A stretch of 63,982 bases of DNA, filler included, from Hyphochytrium catenoides (taxonomy: Eukaryota > Protista > Hyphochytriomycota), in NCBI GenBank assembly GCA_900088475.1. It is 16 parts of 16 records of this genome, joined end to end, with 100 filler letters (N's around TTAATTAATTAA, not from the genome) between each part and the next. Parts side by side here need not be neighbours in the genome. Positions count along the whole stretch, not along the records: positions 54,743 to 62,852 come from FLMG01001190.1; positions 62,953 to 63,982 come from FLMG01002048.1; 14 more parts are not named here. One strand, given 5' to 3'. This document shows positions 60,660 to 63,982 of this stretch, one piece after another. How positions within the stretch are numbered: position 1 is the first letter of the stretch; each line of letters opens with the position of its first letter. The position numbers and the translations under genes are program-made. A model generated the notes under the pieces. The model was not told where the DNA came from. It searched no databases and worked only from the letters and a program-made list of their open reading frames with translations.

Positions 60660-61965
60660 CGACCTATTGGCGGTCGGACGGAAGGATTTCCTGTTGGTAT
60701 TCCAATAATCATTGTGGCTGCAGCGTATAACTTTATTACATAAACCAGCGATGTTGGGGATTTTAAAGCTTAGATGAGAAAAGTTTCATAACCAGAGACC
60801 AACAGCAGAGATGTGAAACACCCCTTGCAATGGGTAGGAGGAGGCCAGCAGCAACGAGTAAATAAAGCGCAGAAACCCTTTTCAGAAGAAGACTAGCAGC
60901 AGCAGCTCCAATTGCATCTCGAGCGCGGCAGCTTTAGCATCAAACTCGTATCCATTCGAGTAACCGGAAGAAAGAGAGCTGGCCTATCTATTCTGCTTCC
61001 TTTGTAGCCTGTCTCCTGTCCACGACATTCAAGCTATATGGACGGCGGCCACGATCATCAGAGGAAAAAGCATAAGAATTTTTTAGCAGCATCCACCTTA
61101 TTCAATTTTGGGGGCACACAACCATATTTTCCAAGCACCGTAGCCACAGACATTTTGAGCCCAACTGAATAGCCAAGATCAGGCCATAATGGTCATTCTC
61201 TAGACTCAGTTGGTGCCTATATTTCACAGCAATATTCGTTGGATGCAATAATGATCTCAAGTTAGCTAGTACAATGAAGACAACAATAATGTCTAGTCAG
61301 TCTACTCTTGCGCACCTATAATTCCAAGGAGCGACGGACGGACAGTTCATTCCATATCAAGTTCTTGATGCTTCTACTAGTTGAAACTCTGCCCTCCTTT
61401 GTCCAAGAAGACTGGCCCTATTGAGCGCTTCTCATCGCCTAGTTCTCGTTGCTTAGGCTGTTGATGGTCTCCGGCTGTTTTCTGGTCTCTGCCTGTTTTG
61501 TAGTCTCGTTAATGAAATCCCAGATACCTTGTGTCAGGAATGTTTTCTTACAGTATGTTGACCCACAGCTCGTCGTAAACCTGCCCTTAGGTCTCCAGCC
61601 CACGGCGGAAGTAGAGCTTTCATCCATCTACGACTACTAGGGTCTGTCAGGGGAAAATCATCGTTGATTGAAGAAGACATACACCTCTACGTAATTCATT
61701 TGGCTCAGGCTTACGGTGGGGCTAGAGACTAGTGGTTCTGAGGTGCGGCTTACGAACGGTACCAATAATCTCGAGAATTCATGTAGACACCAATGTAGCG
61801 GCAACAGAACCATGAACCATAACGGTCTTGGTCTTCGTCACTCTCCCTCCCAACCGATCGCTCCGAGTAGCGGCGGGTTTGCGATAAGTAGAGCGTTGTT
61901 AGATGTGTTCTTTCTAGCAAGCCTGTCAAGTTCCTAGTATTGACCATCTGACCGCAGGATGAGAA
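60660..61965. repeat. Repeat copy containing segments B then A contiguously
   Basis: It matches 58730-59070 and then 56985-58130 in the same orientation. Confidence 0.8.
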
Positions 61966-63982
61966 CGGCATTGTTATAATATATGGGATTTTGAAGACAC
62001 TCTTATTTAGGTTACGTGGTCTACTAATATGGCCAGAAGGAGTATGGAGAGCTTATGGGACCCTGTTTTCCTAGTTATCGTGTTGTCTGGTTGTTCTACT
62101 TGGTAACTACAAGACCCAGTTACTATTTGTTCACTTCCTTTCTTAATCTCGGCCTACCTACCTTAACAACGAGAGTTGAACTTGGACAAGATCCTCCAGC
62201 TGACATCAAGAGCAAGATCAACCATCCAACCCTTGACCAGACAAGTACCCAACATCAAGTTCCACTTCAACTGGACCTCAACTTCAAGTGGAACTTCAAG
62301 TTCAGCTTAGACCAAGTTAAAGTGACTACTCAAACTTTCATAAGGCCGAAACTTCCGGAAAGTGTCAAAAGTTTTCTGAGCAATCAGGCGGACATTTTCA
62401 AGACTTCAGCAAAAGTTTTTCAAAAGTTTCACGAATTTATCGAAACTTTTGAGGGAACTTTCGTCCTTTCCCAAATCCTCGAAACTGTGGAGGCTCAAAC
62501 AGTCTGCGCTGTTATGTTTCCTTTTTCCGGCAGATGCCGCACTGTCTGCTGCTGTTGAGTATATGGGATCGGAGACAGTTATATTATGTGTTCCAACTCG
62601 GCTTATAAGCCAGAAAGGCTAGCCTCTAAATTGTGATTGGATTTGGAATCCTGAATACTACTGAATTGTATTCCTAATAGAGAGTACCTGTTCTCTCCTA
62701 GTAATACGACATAGTTAAAATTAGAGTCCACTTCTTTCTTCAAATCTCTGCTTTGGTCCGCAACGTCAACCACGGAAGCGGAGTGCGTCTCTCTTTGGTC
62801 CGCAAGCCAGTGATGAACTTTACAGAGCTGGGTGGCAATGCCTGAAGCTTCTNNNNNNNNNNNNNNNNNNNNNNNNNNNNNNNNNNNNNNNNNNNNTTAA
62901 TTAATTAANNNNNNNNNNNNNNNNNNNNNNNNNNNNNNNNNNNNNNNNNNNNAAAAGTACAGTCGTACAGTATCTAACAGATTGAACCTTGATGAAACCT
63001 ATCCGTTAACGCGGTAACGACAGAAGCAGGGTGTTTCTTCGTCCTTTTGAACTTACTCTTGACATCGTAAGGTGTTTCTGCAGAGGAGGGTTGTGCGGGC
63101 AAACAGACAATGTGTGGATGGTGATGCGAAGCGGCAAGTAAGAGGAATAAGAAGCACTAGATTTAGAAGACCGAGCTAGTTAGTGTTATAGAATCAGGGA
63201 ATATGACCGATGCTCCTGAAATTGTCATCTACTAGTAGCTCTTCTTCTTGTCTTGATTCTCTGTCTTCATCTTGAGGGCATGCATGCAGCGGCTCTACTT
63301 TCCAGCTGTTCTTGTACCTGTTGCTAACCCAGGACAAGGCGGAGTAGAGAGATACGCATGGCGGCATTCTCTCTTCTTAGTTCTGGTATGCCTGCACAGT
63401 ACTTCTATCTATTCCCTTTTTTTGCTCTTGGTCATAGAGCACGATGCATAGTGAAGTGCATTGTGAAAGGAAGGTGTTGATCTGTAGCACGCCAATGACT
63501 AGAGTGATATGTATGGGACTGTCCCTAGCATTCTTTGATGCTTCTCATTCGTTGTCCTAGAACGCTCCTCACTTTCTGTGTTTGCGACCTTCTGCGCTTG
63601 GTTGTGCACTCTACTGTTTACTCCGTTTCGGGAGTTCACTGTAGATGGCTGTTATTCTTCTTTCTCTTCCCAGAACTCCATCATCAACTTCTTATTCTGG
63701 TTTTCTCGCCCTTGCACTGTTTTGCACTTTGTCTTTCCAGCATTGGTTACATGACGTTGTGTCTCTTTTCATAGCAGCACAGCCTCATACGAATATACCT
63801 AAAAAGGCTATGCTCCTCCTCTTTTCCCTGCACTCTCTCTTTAGAGCATTGCCTCATGGAGTGATATGCTAGGGCACCTAGTGCAGCAGTAATATGCGTA
63901 GGATTCCCTCAGCGTAGTAGGTTTTTGGAGGAAGGGTTTAACCCTCCAACGCCGATTGGCCCCTTTGGGCCCATGAAGACTA

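Noticed and set aside
63933-63982. TTAACCCT resembling a piggyBac terminus
   Set aside because: It is at the window edge with no matching opposite end or transposase.
1-63982. tRNA, rRNA or CRISPR features
   Set aside because: None were recognisable by eye. The only tRNA-related sequence is the PBS of the TRIM.

Overview
This is eukaryotic nuclear DNA, tentatively a stramenopile alga (a weak inference from the CAND1 C-terminus), and it is not one contiguous locus. Fifteen identical artificial 100-nt linkers (44 N + TTAATTAATTAA + 44 N) join about 16 short contigs, so adjacency across linkers carries no meaning. (GA)n/(CT)n microsatellites generate most of the ORF track (SLSLS/RERER). I reconstructed spliced genes by hand from GT-AG junctions: BMT2-like rRNA methyltransferase (complete), CAND1 (3' part), a CHRD-domain secreted protein, an unknown charged coiled-coil protein, a Tubby-like protein, a PTC7-type PP2C phosphatase, a class I SAM methyltransferase and CWF19L2. 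Intronless genes are a FYVE protein, an SDR (YhdF/YdaD-like), a protein with two DUF3505/OrsD-like Zn-binding modules, a bacterial-looking GH5 beta-mannanase, an unknown secreted 259-aa protein and a secreted betagamma-crystallin-like protein. Mobile DNA includes a ~380-bp TRIM-like mini LTR element, Ty1/copia remnants, CRE-like and L1/Tx1-like non-LTR remnants, and several repeats. The most interesting signals are (i) introns that are purine-rich (GA) in the 5' part and pyrimidine-rich (CT) in the 3' part, (ii) the TRIM, (iii) the tandem DUF3505-like protein and (iv) the intronless secreted genes of possible bacterial origin. All family assignments come from motif recognition by eye; no database searches were run.
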